From Thermodesulfobacteriota bacterium (GTDB lineage Bacteria > Desulfobacterota_D > UBA1144 > Nemesobacterales > Nemesobacteraceae): a DNA stretch of 64,000 nt. The notes below the pieces were generated by a model. That model was not told the origin of the DNA and searched no databases. It saw only the letters and a list, made by a program, of their open reading frames with translations. Of this stretch, positions 47,230 through 57,552 are shown in pieces. The stretch is taken from contig OZ252213.1 of the NCBI GenBank assembly GCA_965249045.1, positions 1,399,904 through 1,463,903 on the forward strand, given 5' to 3'. Position numbers and translations under genes: made by a program. How positions within the stretch are numbered: the first letter of the stretch is position 1; each line of letters starts with the position of its first letter.

Positions 47230-48660
47230 ATGGAAAAATTTGATCTCACAGTTATAGGATCCGGTCCCGGTGGATACATATCGGCAATAAGGGCCGCACA
47301 GATGGGGATGAAAGTTGCCGTCGTGGAGCGGGACAAGCCCGGGGGAGTATGCCTTAACTGGGGATGCATACCTTCAAAGGCAATTCTCAAATGCGCCGAG
47401 ATGTACTCGCATTTTCTTGACTCGGAGAGTTACGGAATTACCCACAAGGGGCTCTCCTTTGACTACTCAGAAGTAATAAAAAAAAGCAGAAAAGCTTCGT
47501 CTTCTCTTAATAGAGGTGTCGCCGGACTTTTCAAGAAAAACAATATCACTCTTATAAGCGGCACGGGAAGGCTCATATCAAAGCACGGAATTTCCGTTAC
47601 TGGGAAGGATTCACAAGATATAGAGAGCGAACGGATACTCCTTGCCACAGGTTCTGTCCCAAGAACGCTGCCCGGCCTTAAAATCGACGGAAAAGTGGTG
47701 ATGACAAGTGACGAGGCGATAATGCACACCGAGGTTCCCCGCTCAGTCGTAATAATAGGAGGTGGTTACATCGGAATGGAGTTTGCCTACGTCTACAACT
47801 CTTTTGGAAGCAAGGTAACCATAGTGGAGATGGAAAAACAGATCTTGCAGGGAGCCGACGAGGAAGTAGCGAAAGAGGCAAAGAAAATCTTCACGAAGCA
47901 GGGAATGACAATTCTTACGGAGACTGTGTACAAATCCCTTAAGAAAACCTCAAGTTCTGCAACCGTGACGGTGGAAAGCATGGTTTCTGGAGAACAGACA
48001 ACACTAAAAGCCGATATGGTCTTGGTATCGGTCGGAAGAAAAGCCATCGCAAACGCCGCGCCGACCTCTTTTGCCTTCTATGGTGCTGGTGACAGCATGG
48101 GTCTTGAAGATGTGGGCGTTGAACTTGATGAAAGAGGATTTATAAAAACAGATGAGGACTACATGACCACCTGTGCCAATATCTACGCGATCGGAGATGT
48201 AATCGGAGGTCCCCTGCTCGCGCACAAGGCTTCGGAGGAGGGAGTCGTCGCGGTTGAAAGAATGAAGGGAATGAACTCCAAAGTACATTACGACTCAATT
48301 CCCGGATGCGTTTACTGTCAGCCGGAAGTGGCTATGATCGGCCTTACGGAAAAACAGGCAAAAGACCAAGGTTATGACGTAGATATAGGAAAATTCCCTT
48401 TCAAGGCTGCGGGGAAAGCTGTCGCGGTCGGAGAAACGGACGGCTTTGTGAAAATGGTTTTCGACTCGAAAACAAAGGAGCTTCTCGGAAGTCACATAAT
48501 AGGCCACGGAGCAACTGAGATGATTGCAGAAATCGGAGTGGCGAAAACCTTAGAGACAACATCGTACGAAATAGCCACTACCCAGCACGCCCACCCAACT
48601 CTCTCGGAAGCCGTAATGGAAGCAGCTCTTGACGCGCTTGGAAGAGTAAGAAACTTCTGA
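47230..48660 (+). CDS. lpdA: Dihydrolipoyl dehydrogenase
   Basis: FAD motif GSGPGGY, the redox-active disulfide CLNWGCIPSK, an NAD fold and a C-terminal dimerisation domain with HPT. Confidence 0.9.
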   Translation: MEKFDLTVIGSGPGGYISAIRAAQMGMKVAVVERDKPGGVCLNWGCIPSKAILKCAEMYSHFLDSESYGITHKGLSFDYSEVIKKSRKASSSLNRGVAGLFKKNNITLISGTGRLISKHGISVTGKDSQDIESERILLATGSVPRTLPGLKIDGKVVMTSDEAIMHTEVPRSVVIIGGGYIGMEFAYVYNSFGSKVTIVEMEKQILQGADEEVAKEAKKIFTKQGMTILTETVYKSLKKTSSSATVTVESMVSGEQTTLKADMVLVSVGRKAIANAAPTSFAFYGAGDSMGLEDVGVELDERGFIKTDEDYMTTCANIYAIGDVIGGPLLAHKASEEGVVAVERMKGMNSKVHYDSIPGCVYCQPEVAMIGLTEKQAKDQGYDVDIGKFPFKAAGKAVAVGETDGFVKMVFDSKTKELLGSHIIGHGATEMIAEIGVAKTLETTSYEIATTQHAHPTLSEAVMEAALDALGRVRNF

Positions 48661-48687
48661 GGCGCAAAATATTTACTCACTGCCCCA

Positions 48688-49365
48688 ATGAGTACCATAG
48701 AGATATACAAACTCGGGACGGTTCCCTACGAAAAGGCGCTTGAATATCAGGAAAATCTTCTCGCTAAAAGAATCGCGGAAGAAATACAAGATTCCCTTAT
48801 CCTGCTTGAACACCCGCCGACGATCACTACCGGAAGGAAGGGAAACACGGAAAACCTGCTTGTAAGAAAGGAATATCTTGAAAAACACGGAGTTTCCTTC
48901 GTGCATGCATCAAGGGGAGGAGACATAACTTTTCACGGTCCCGGCCAAATTGTCGGCTACCCCATACTGAACCTCAAAAATCACGGAATGGACATTCGTA
49001 AGCACCTAAGAAGTATTGAAGAAGTGATTATAAGGACTCTTCGCGACTTTGACATCGAAGGCAGAAGAATAGATGGGGTCACTGGAGTCTGGGCAAAAAG
49101 AAGCAAAATAGCATCTATAGGGATAGCCATCAGGAAATGGGTGACCTACCATGGTTTTGCTCTTAACGTCAGCACGAATCTTGATTATTTCGATTTGATA
49201 CTCTCCTGCGGAATAACGGACGTGAGAATAACGTCTATCGGAAGTTGGCTTGGAAACGAAGAGAATGTTAGAATGGATGACGTCACGCGATCCGTCATAA
49301 AAAATTTCATGGGCGTTTTCGGTTTCGAAAACTTCACGCTGAAAGACAAAAAAGAGATAAACTAA
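48688..49365 (+). CDS. lipB: Octanoyltransferase LipB
   Basis: ...TTGRKG...RGGDITFHGPGQ...K(135)-like motif IRKWVTYHGFALNV.... Confidence 0.9.
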   Translation: MSTIEIYKLGTVPYEKALEYQENLLAKRIAEEIQDSLILLEHPPTITTGRKGNTENLLVRKEYLEKHGVSFVHASRGGDITFHGPGQIVGYPILNLKNHGMDIRKHLRSIEEVIIRTLRDFDIEGRRIDGVTGVWAKRSKIASIGIAIRKWVTYHGFALNVSTNLDYFDLILSCGITDVRITSIGSWLGNEENVRMDDVTRSVIKNFMGVFGFENFTLKDKKEIN

Positions 49366-49397
49366 AGGCTTTTAGAGCCGAGATTGGCAGTTTAAAA

Positions 49398-49715
49398 ATG
49401 TCGGAAGAAAGAATCCAGAAATTTAAGAAATTACTTGAGAAAAACCCCGCAACTCCTCTTGTTTACTACAGTCTTGCAAATGAGTATTTCAAACTTAACC
49501 GTTACGAGGAGACCATAGAGACAATTAACACCTACCTTCGTCTTAAAGATGACGAAGGAGCCGCTTACAGAATACTTGGCCATTGCTACACCGAACTTGG
49601 AATGCAAGACCAGGCGAAAGATGCATATGAAAAAGGTGTCCAGGCAGCATCAAGTCATGGGCATCCGGACATGGCTGAAGAATTCCGCGATTACATAGAA
49701 TCCTTAAACATCTAG
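49398..49715 (+). CDS. Tetratricopeptide-repeat small protein
   Basis: 105 aa with TPR-like helical repeats (LANEYFKLNRYEETIETINTYLRL...AYRILGHCYTELG). Confidence 0.55.
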   Translation: MSEERIQKFKKLLEKNPATPLVYYSLANEYFKLNRYEETIETINTYLRLKDDEGAAYRILGHCYTELGMQDQAKDAYEKGVQAASSHGHPDMAEEFRDYIESLNI

Positions 49716-49720
49716 GCGCA

Positions 49721-50155
49721 TTAGTCTGCGAGCAGGTTCCACTCAATCAGTATGGAACCGATAACAATAAAAGCGATTCCCGCAATCCTCATGGGCCCTG
49801 GGGTTTCTCCCAGAAAAAGATAAGCATAGATGGCCGTAAACATGGGAAAAGTGGCCACTATAGCGACAATTTTTGACGTATCAGCCATCTGAAGAGCCGT
49901 GAAGTAGAGAAAAAGGCCAATCAATCCTCCGATTAGTCCCGACAGAAGTATCCAGAAAAGTGTCCGACCGTCGACATTAATGACTTGGGCAAACCTACCC
50001 GTAGCCAGAACTAAACACACTAGACACAACGAAGTGAAAACAAACCTTATCGTGATTACCGAAAGTGGAGAAGCATCCTTCAGACTCAGTTTTTCAAAAA
50101 TCGGGTTAATCCCGAATATCATAGCCACAAGAAAAGCAATAAAAGTAGCCTTCAT
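49721..50155 (-). CDS. EamA-like (DMT superfamily) small membrane protein with 4 TM segments
   Basis: 144 aa, hydrophobic, with EamA-domain-like helices. Confidence 0.6.
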   Translation of the reverse strand: MKATFIAFLVAMIFGINPIFEKLSLKDASPLSVITIRFVFTSLCLVCLVLATGRFAQVINVDGRTLFWILLSGLIGGLIGLFLYFTALQMADTSKIVAIVATFPMFTAIYAYLFLGETPGPMRIAGIAFIVIGSILIEWNLLAD

Positions 50156-50424
50156 TTTATCCTCCTTGAGCGTAAAAGCACTTCTATCAGATAGTAGAAT
50201 TGCCTTTCCGCATATATTAGCAGTTTTCTCAATGTTTTATAATTTTTATCGACTTTCTGTTTGAAAAAGCAAAGCTCATAGGTGTTCACGTAACGTAAGG
50301 CTGCGTAAGAATCTATAAGTCCTGCCCATGTGTTTTATCGAAACGCGGGCAGCGGATTAGCTCTTTCTAGATCTGTTTAAAACTTGTACGATTCAGTCGA
50401 AGCGGGAATATTTGTTCCAAGGAA

Positions 50425-50805
50425 ATGGAAGTTTCACGAAAAACAATCTGTGTAGTGGCTGACGACATGTTTTTCTCGTCAAAAATCGAGAACGTGGCAA
50501 AAAACCTTGATATATCTATAATCAAGGTAAAAAATCACAAGGAGTTCCAAGATAAAATTGAAAGGAAAACAATTGATCTCGTAATTATTGATCTTGCTTC
50601 AAAGAAAATTGATGCAGAAGAGGTCTTCACCGAGCTTAAAGACTCTCCGAAACATGAAAAAACCTTCTGTATAGGATATCTGCCGCACGTAGAACGAGAG
50701 CTTGCCGACAAATTCGGGCAAAGGGGAGTAGACCTCGTTATTCCAAGATCGAAATTTTCTCGGGAAATGAGCAGGATAATCGAAGAACAATTGGAACCAC
50801 GGTAA
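50425..50805 (+). CDS. Stand-alone CheY-like receiver domain protein
   Basis: 126 aa with an N-terminal acidic pair (VVADDMFF) and a central Asp (DLVIIDL). Confidence 0.5.
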   Translation: MEVSRKTICVVADDMFFSSKIENVAKNLDISIIKVKNHKEFQDKIERKTIDLVIIDLASKKIDAEEVFTELKDSPKHEKTFCIGYLPHVERELADKFGQRGVDLVIPRSKFSREMSRIIEEQLEPR

Positions 50806-50994
50806 GAATATCAATTCCACCCCTGATATCTTCGTCGGATATCAGCCGTAAAGACTCGTGCCCACGCAGAAATTCCCGGAAATTCACATCCGGTCTGTAA
50901 TCACCATACCAATCCTCGATCAAGCTTGACATTGAAAAGGGGAATAATAATAATGTTTCCAAAGTTTTCTTTCCTCGAACTGTGATAGCAACTT

Positions 50995-51915
50995 ATGTCA
51001 GCCGACCAATCCAAAATATGGTTTAACGGAAAAACAGTACCTTGGGATGAGGCGAACGTGCATGTACTTACCCATACTCTGCACTACGGCCTTGGCGCCT
51101 TCGAAGGTATAAGAGCTTATAAATGCTCTAACGGAAAATCAGCCGTCTTAAAACTCACCGAACACATGCAAAGACTTTACGCCTCGGCGCACGTGGCCGG
51201 CATAAAGATTCCATATGAGATACAAACTCTCTGCGACGCGGTGATGGATCTTCTGCGCGAAAACGGACTTGATGAAGCTTACATAAGGCCCATAGTTTTT
51301 ATCGGACCGGGGGAAAAAGGGATACTTCCAGGAAATAACGTCATAAACGTGGCGATAGCCGTATGGCCATGGGGAACATATCTTGGAGATGACGCAATCA
51401 CCAACGGGATCAGGGCAAAAATTTCCTCTTATACGAGAATGCACGTTAACTCATTTATGACCAAGGCCAAGATATGCGGAAATTACGTAAATTCCGTAAT
51501 GGCCAGGCAGGAGGCCGCCGATCTCGGCTTCGATGAGGGAATACTGCTTGATTCAGAAGGCTACGTGGCCGAAGGAAGCGGCGAGAATATCTTCATCGTG
51601 AGAAACGGAATTCTCAAAACTCCACCTCTAACTTCCATACTGGAAGGGATAACTAGAAAGTGCGTTCTGGATATCGCCGACGACGAAGGCATTACGGTAA
51701 AAGAGCAGCGTTTCACAAGAGACGAGCTTTATATCGCGGATGAGGCCTTTTTCACCGGCACGGCTGCTGAAGTGACTCCTGTTAGGGAAGTTGACGGCAA
51801 AAAGATAGACTCAGGGAAACCTGGAGAAATAACGAAAAGACTCCAGAGAAGGTATTTTGCCGTAATAAAAGGGGAAGACGCGAAATTTGAGCACTGGCTT
51901 GATTATATCCCCTGA
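50995..51915 (+). CDS. ilvE: Branched-chain amino acid aminotransferase
   Basis: Fold-type IV aminotransferase (…HTLHYGLGAFEGIRAY…, …EGSGENIFIV…). Confidence 0.9.
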   Translation: MSADQSKIWFNGKTVPWDEANVHVLTHTLHYGLGAFEGIRAYKCSNGKSAVLKLTEHMQRLYASAHVAGIKIPYEIQTLCDAVMDLLRENGLDEAYIRPIVFIGPGEKGILPGNNVINVAIAVWPWGTYLGDDAITNGIRAKISSYTRMHVNSFMTKAKICGNYVNSVMARQEAADLGFDEGILLDSEGYVAEGSGENIFIVRNGILKTPPLTSILEGITRKCVLDIADDEGITVKEQRFTRDELYIADEAFFTGTAAEVTPVREVDGKKIDSGKPGEITKRLQRRYFAVIKGEDAKFEHWLDYIP

Positions 51916-51956
51916 ACTGTCTTTCCCCTTCAAGCAAACGCTAACCAGTGAAAAAC

Positions 51957-53426
51957 CTATCTTTCCATAAGGTAGTTAACTAGGGTTCTCACGCCGAACC
52001 CGGTTGCCCCGTACTGATACCAATCCGAAGTTTTTTCAACGTATGATGGGCCAGCTATATCTATATGAACCCACGGAACATCCGAAACGAAATTCTCAAG
52101 GAAAAGTGCCGCGGTTATCGCCCCACCCCATCTGCTTCCAACGTTTTTAACATCAGCTACGCGACTTCTTATTTCCTCTCTTAATTCGGTATCAAGAGGA
52201 AGTTCCCACATCTTCTCGCCGACATCACGCGCGGAATTTAAAACCGACCTCACAAGATTCGCGTTATTACCCATAACTCCGGCGTTGTGAAGGCCGAGTG
52301 CGACTATACAGGCACCGGTAAGAGTCGCGAGGTCCACTATCTCTGAAACCCCGAGGCGAACCGCGTAACTAAGCGCATCGGAAAGCGCCACCCTGCCTTC
52401 CGCGTCGGTGTTTATAATTTCTATTGTCTTGCCATTAAGAGCCGTTACAACGTCGTCCGGTTTGTAGGCCGAAGCGCCGGTCATATTCTCGGTTGCCGGA
52501 ATAATGCCGTGAACGTTAACTCTCGGAGTCAGATCTCCAAGCGCTTTCATCGTACCCAGTACAACCGCGGCACCCGACATGTCCATTTTCATCGTTCTCA
52601 TACTGTCTGCAGGCTTAAGACACAGGCCCCCCGAATCAAAAGTTATTCCCTTGCCGACAATAGCGACTTTTTTGCGGGATTTTACGGGAGAGGAATAGGA
52701 AAGATGGATGAATCTCGGGGGTTCGCTACTTCCAAAAGAGACTGCAGAGAGCCCTCCCATTCCCATTTCCCTTATCTCTTCCCTGCCGAGAACCTCGCAA
52801 CTGATATATTCTGACCCTTCGGAGATTGAAAGCGCATGCTCCGCGAGAATTGAGGGAGTAAGCATGTTCGGAGGATCGTTCACAAGATCTCTTGAAAAAG
52901 CCACACCCTCTGAGACGGCACAAGCGTGTGCAGCTTCGGTGCTGAAATAATCGGCGGAAATTCTTCTCGACGCTATACACACTTTCTCTATACGGTTTTT
53001 CTTTCTTCCCGAGGACTTAAACTTTCCGTACTCATAAGAACCGCAGGTCATGCCCTCAAGAAAGATTTTAAGAAACTTTCTGTCCACGTTAGAAAAATCA
53101 ACGGAAACTGTACGGGAATACTGGCCGGTTCTTGCAACCGCGGTGTTTGCGGCGCGAAAAGCCTCAAGAGGCCCGAAGTTTTCTTTTTTCCCGAGCCCCA
53201 GCAGGACGACTGTCTTCGTATTGAAATCGCCTGGGGTATCAACAAGAACTGTTTTTCCAAAAGCGCCCTTAAAATCGGACACCTTCACTTTGTCTGAAAG
53301 AAACCCTCTGAGTTTACTGTCTATTTTCCTGGCAGCGGCAGGAAATCTCTGCTCTTCATAACAGAGAAAAACAATTGAATCCGACTCAACGTTGGCAACA
53401 TCATCTTTTATCAGAGAGAACTTCAT
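51957..53426 (-). CDS. pepA: Leucyl aminopeptidase (M17)
   Basis: NTDAEGRL-like motif (NTDAEGRVALSD) and M17 C-domain metal ligands. The likely start is MKFSLIKDD at 53426. Confidence 0.9.
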   Translation of the reverse strand: MKFSLIKDDVANVESDSIVFLCYEEQRFPAAARKIDSKLRGFLSDKVKVSDFKGAFGKTVLVDTPGDFNTKTVVLLGLGKKENFGPLEAFRAANTAVARTGQYSRTVSVDFSNVDRKFLKIFLEGMTCGSYEYGKFKSSGRKKNRIEKVCIASRRISADYFSTEAAHACAVSEGVAFSRDLVNDPPNMLTPSILAEHALSISEGSEYISCEVLGREEIREMGMGGLSAVSFGSSEPPRFIHLSYSSPVKSRKKVAIVGKGITFDSGGLCLKPADSMRTMKMDMSGAAVVLGTMKALGDLTPRVNVHGIIPATENMTGASAYKPDDVVTALNGKTIEIINTDAEGRVALSDALSYAVRLGVSEIVDLATLTGACIVALGLHNAGVMGNNANLVRSVLNSARDVGEKMWELPLDTELREEIRSRVADVKNVGSRWGGAITAALFLENFVSDVPWVHIDIAGPSYVEKTSDWYQYGATGFGVRTLVNYLMER

Positions 53427-53595
53427 TTTTTCACCATTTAATCCAGATTTCAAAATACGGCTAGGATGCCGATATTCCAATAAAAAGATAATTCTACACT
53501 ACTAACACCCAGCAGAACAAAAAGATTCTTTTAATATGATCTCTTTTCAAATATGATTTAATTGGTTATTTCACCTAAAAAGAGAAAACCGACCC

Positions 53596-54744
53596 ATGAT
53601 CCAAGAAGAAAGAATGACCAGCCATCTGATGGATATCATACGGATAGACAGTCCATCAAGAAAGGAAAAGGATGTCGCCCGAAGGCTTGAGGAAGAGATG
53701 AAGGATCTAGGAGCCGACTGTTTTTACGACGATGCAGGGGACAAGGTGGAGGGAAACACGGGCAATCTGATAGTCAAGCTTCCCGGAACGAAGAAAGATG
53801 TTCCGCCCTTTTTTCTCTGCTCTCATATGGACACCGTAAGTCCCGGAGAGGGAATAAAACCTAGCGTGGAAAACGGCGTAATGAGAAGCGACGGCACGAC
53901 GATACTCGGAAGCGACGATAAAAGCGGGGTATCGATAATGGTCGAGGTGCTTCGAACGCTTAAGGAGAACAATATTCCCTGCGCAGACATAGAAATCGCA
54001 TTTACCATCTGCGAGGAAATCGGTCTTCTCGGAGCGAAGTTTCTTAACGCTTCAAGTTTTAAAAGTCCCTACGGGATAGTTCTTGACAGCAGTACTCCTG
54101 AGAGACTTGTCCTGCGGTGCCCGTGCTCCGATATTATGGAGGTAAAGATACACGGCGTTGAAGCACATTCGGGACTTTGCCCCGAAAACGGAATAAGCGC
54201 TGTAGAAGTCCTAAGCGATGCGGTCTCGAAAATGAATCTCGGAAGAATAGACTATGAGACAACCGCAAACATAGGAAAGATAAAGGGAGGGTCCGCCACA
54301 AACATAGTCCCGGGTCTCGTCGAAATAACGGCCGAGGCGCGAAGCCACGATGAAGGAAAACTTGACGCACAGATACAGCATATGCGTGACTGCTTTCTGG
54401 AAGCGGCAAAAAGCAGAGAGCTTTTTCTTGACGGAGAACGACTCTGCGCGCGGGCCGAGGTCGAAATAGAACGCGTATATCCCGTAATGAACGTCTCCCC
54501 GCAGGCAACTGTAACAAACCTTGTTCTTGAAGCCGCGGCAAACCTGCGCCACGACATAAAACTTCACACAAGCGGCGGAGGATGTGACGCAAACCACATA
54601 AACGAAAAGGGAATCGAGTGCGTAAACCTGGGAACGGGCATGTACGAGCTTCACACGGTAAACGAATATCTTCTGCTCGATGAGTTCCGCAGGTCAGCGG
54701 AGATAGTTCTTGAGACCATAAAACTCCACTCGCAAAGAAACTGA
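53596..54744 (+). CDS. M20-family metallopeptidase (peptidase T / tripeptidase-like)
   Basis: SHMDTV metal-binding motif, a dimerisation domain and 382 aa in length. Confidence 0.75.
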   Translation: MIQEERMTSHLMDIIRIDSPSRKEKDVARRLEEEMKDLGADCFYDDAGDKVEGNTGNLIVKLPGTKKDVPPFFLCSHMDTVSPGEGIKPSVENGVMRSDGTTILGSDDKSGVSIMVEVLRTLKENNIPCADIEIAFTICEEIGLLGAKFLNASSFKSPYGIVLDSSTPERLVLRCPCSDIMEVKIHGVEAHSGLCPENGISAVEVLSDAVSKMNLGRIDYETTANIGKIKGGSATNIVPGLVEITAEARSHDEGKLDAQIQHMRDCFLEAAKSRELFLDGERLCARAEVEIERVYPVMNVSPQATVTNLVLEAAANLRHDIKLHTSGGGCDANHINEKGIECVNLGTGMYELHTVNEYLLLDEFRRSAEIVLETIKLHSQRN

Positions 54745-54747
54745 GCA

Positions 54748-55110
54748 ATGAAGGCTCTAATACTGGTCGATCACGGGAGCACGGTAAAAGAGGCAAACGC
54801 CCTTCTTGAAGAGGTAGCCAGAAAAGTAAGGAATCACCGTGGCTCGCCGTTTGATATGGTTGAACACTGCCACATGGAACTTTGTGAACCGTCTATAAAA
54901 GACGCTTTTCGCAAATGCGTCGCGGCCGGAGCAAAGGACATAACGGTCCACCCGTATTTTCTCGTACCGGGAAGGCACTCAAAATCCGATATACCTAGGA
55001 TGGTAGCCGACGCGGCACAGGATTTTCCAGAAATAAGTTACAAGGTCACGGAACCACTGGGTCTCCACGATAAGATAATAGAAGTCATATTTGAAAGATC
55101 GCTTGGATAA
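54748..55110 (+). CDS. cbiX: CbiX/SirB-type small sirohydrochlorin chelatase
   Basis: 120 aa, beginning ILVDHGS..., typical of the short CbiX(S) class. Confidence 0.65.
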   Translation: MKALILVDHGSTVKEANALLEEVARKVRNHRGSPFDMVEHCHMELCEPSIKDAFRKCVAAGAKDITVHPYFLVPGRHSKSDIPRMVADAAQDFPEISYKVTEPLGLHDKIIEVIFERSLG

Positions 55111-55128
55111 CTTCCCGCATAAAACCTG

Positions 55129-55857
55129 ATGAAAAGATACTCGGCAGTGCTTTTTGATCTTTTTGACACGCTTGTAATGTTCAGACCGTCTCTTCTGCCG
55201 AAGGTAACTCATAACGGAGAAACCTGGAATTCCACGGCGCAGCACGTTTTCACACAAATGCGAAGCAGCCTCGGAGAAATGGAATTTACGGATTTCTACG
55301 GATCTTTCGTTGAAAGTCACAGAGAACTTCTGGAACTGAGGGAAAAGGATTTAAGAGAGTATCCGAACAGAAAAAGATTCGAGATATTCATGGAGAAAAC
55401 AGGTTTAAGAAGAGATGACGATGTGCTTGAGAAGTTTGTATGTTCACACATGGAAAGCCTCTGCGGAGCCATGGTATACCCTAAGCACCACACGGAGATT
55501 CTTTCCTATCTCAAGGAAAAGGGATACAGGCTTTCGGTTGTCTCGAACTTTGATCATGCCCCCACGGCGCAAAACCTACTTGTGAAATTCGGAATCGCGG
55601 ATTTTTTCGAACATATAGTGATCTCAGAAGACGTGGGCTGGAGAAAACCTCACAGGGAAATATTTGAATTTGCCCTTGCAAGACTCGGCGAGAGTCCATC
55701 AGACGCCATTTTCATAGGGGATAATCCGGAGGCGGACATAATAGGATCTTCGGACTGCGGGATTGATTCTGTATGGGTAAAAAGAAAAGAACAGTTCACT
55801 CGAGCAGAACCTAAATTCATCGTAACAGACCTAAAAGATCTAAAGGGAATAATCTAG
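55129..55857 (+). CDS. HAD-superfamily hydrolase
   Basis: Motif I (LFDLFDTLV) and motif IV (GDNPEADI). Confidence 0.75.
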   Translation: MKRYSAVLFDLFDTLVMFRPSLLPKVTHNGETWNSTAQHVFTQMRSSLGEMEFTDFYGSFVESHRELLELREKDLREYPNRKRFEIFMEKTGLRRDDDVLEKFVCSHMESLCGAMVYPKHHTEILSYLKEKGYRLSVVSNFDHAPTAQNLLVKFGIADFFEHIVISEDVGWRKPHREIFEFALARLGESPSDAIFIGDNPEADIIGSSDCGIDSVWVKRKEQFTRAEPKFIVTDLKDLKGII

Positions 55858-55872
55858 AAAAACACCGTCCAG

Positions 55873-57552
55873 ATGAAAAGACTCTCCCGCACAGAAAAAA
55901 GACTCCCCACCATAAGAAGCGGAAAACAGATAACCACGATCCAGCAGATGCTTGAGAAAAAAGCCTCTCTGTACGCAGACAAGATCGCGTATTCCATAAG
56001 AAAAAAAGCCCTGTCCGTAAGCTCCTTTACTTTCAGTGAAGTTTTCACACTTTCCACAGAGTTCTCAGCCTATCTCAGGGCTCTTGGTCTCAAAAGAGGA
56101 GACCATGTGGCTATTGTCGGGGGAAACAGCCCCGAGTGGGCTATTTCTTACTTTGCGGTAATCTGGGCAGGCGCCATAGCTGTCCCACTTGACGCAAGGG
56201 CAAGGACAGAGCACGTAAAACAGGTGCTGGGACTTTCAGATTCAAGATTTCTTATCGCCTCGGCGGGATTCGCGGAGGTCTTGGGAAACACCGCAACGGT
56301 TGAGCACTTAATACCGATGGACAAAGCTCTGGAAACCCAGATGGACACCGAAAAAACCGTGCCCGCAGAAAAATCAGAGCCCCAAGACATAGCCGATATA
56401 GTTTTTACCTCGGGAACCACAGGTAATCCCAAAGGCGTAATGCTTTCCCATGGAAACATAATGTCAAACCTGGAGGCACTTTACAGCGCTTTTCCCATAA
56501 CGGATAAAGACACGGCTTTTTCCATACTGCCCATCCACCACGTATATGAAAGAATAGTCGGAATACTGCTGTCTTTTTACTGCGGGCAGGCAGTGTTTTT
56601 CTCAAGAAGCATAAAGCCGAGGGAAATGCTCTCTGACCTTAAAGTCGCGAGACCTTCGGTGTGGCTTAACACCCCCTTGGTGCTTGAGAAACTGCTCCAG
56701 AGAATCGAACAAACTAAAGCGAAAAATTTTCTCACAAGAGCCCTTCCCTCCAAGCTTTTCGGGAAAATGGCGAAAAAACGCCTAGGTCTTGACCGCCTTA
56801 GACTTATAGTAAGCGGCGGAGCCGCTCTTTCCGAGCCGGTTTCCGAGGGACTTGAAAAATACGAATTTCCCCTCTTGCAGGGATACGGAATGAGTGAAAC
56901 ATCCGCAGTTATAGCCGCAAACCCTTTTTTGAAGCCGAAAAACGCAAGCGGCGGCATGGTGCTTGAAAACAGCGAGGTCGAGATAAGAGACGTAGACGCC
57001 GAAGGAATCGGGGAAATATGTGTGCGAGGCCCGAACGTAATGAACGGCTACTACAAGAACCCCGGTGCGACAAGAGAAATCCTCTCGGATGACGGCTGGC
57101 TCAGGACCGGCGACCTAGGTTATTTTGATCATGAAGGCTACCTGTACATAACGGGAAGAAAAAAATCGGTTATCGTAACTAAGGGAGGAAAGAACATCTC
57201 TCCCGAGGAAATCGAGGAAAAGCTCACCCCGCTTGAAACGGTTGAAGAAGCCATTGTATTCAGCCCGGACGATGAAAGGATACAGGCCGTGGTATTTCCA
57301 GAAGCGGAGGGAATTTCCAAAAAACTCGGGCAGTCCCCGCAGCGCGGAGACGACGAAAGAATCTGGAACATTCTTAAAAGCGAGATAACCAAGCTTAACA
57401 GCCGGCTTGAACCCCATAAAAGAATCACCCATTTCGCAATTGCCAGAGAAGAATTGCCGAAAACAACCACCAGAAAAATAAAAAGATATCTTTTCAGGGA
57501 TATGGACATACCCAAGACAACAAAGTTCATCCAGCCCCCGAGGGACAAATGA
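55873..57552 (+). CDS. AMP-dependent synthetase/ligase (long-chain acyl-CoA synthetase-like)
   Basis: AMP-binding motif [19 protein letters not shown], and a C-terminal TTRKIKR lysine motif. Confidence 0.85.
   Translation: MKRLSRTEKRLPTIRSGKQITTIQQMLEKKASLYADKIAYSIRKKALSVSSFTFSEVFTLSTEFSAYLRALGLKRGDHVAIVGGNSPEWAISYFAVIWAGAIAVPLDARARTEHVKQVLGLSDSRFLIASAGFAEVLGNTATVEHLIPMDKALETQMDTEKTVPAEKSEPQDIADIVFTSGTTGNPKGVMLSHGNIMSNLEALYSAFPITDKDTAFSILPIHHVYERIVGILLSFYCGQAVFFSRSIKPREMLSDLKVARPSVWLNTPLVLEKLLQRIEQTKAKNFLTRALPSKLFGKMAKKRLGLDRLRLIVSGGAALSEPVSEGLEKYEFPLLQGYGMSETSAVIAANPFLKPKNASGGMVLENSEVEIRDVDAEGIGEICVRGPNVMNGYYKNPGATREILSDDGWLRTGDLGYFDHEGYLYITGRKKSVIVTKGGKNISPEEIEEKLTPLETVEEAIVFSPDDERIQAVVFPEAEGISKKLGQSPQRGDDERIWNILKSEITKLNSRLEPHKRITHFAIAREELPKTTTRKIKRYLFRDMDIPKTTKFIQPPRDK

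Noticed and set aside
47055-47390. 111-aa minus-strand ORF overlapping the lpdA start
   Set aside because: It is antisense to the well-supported lpdA 5' end and promoter, and I recognise no homology to any family. It is likely spurious.
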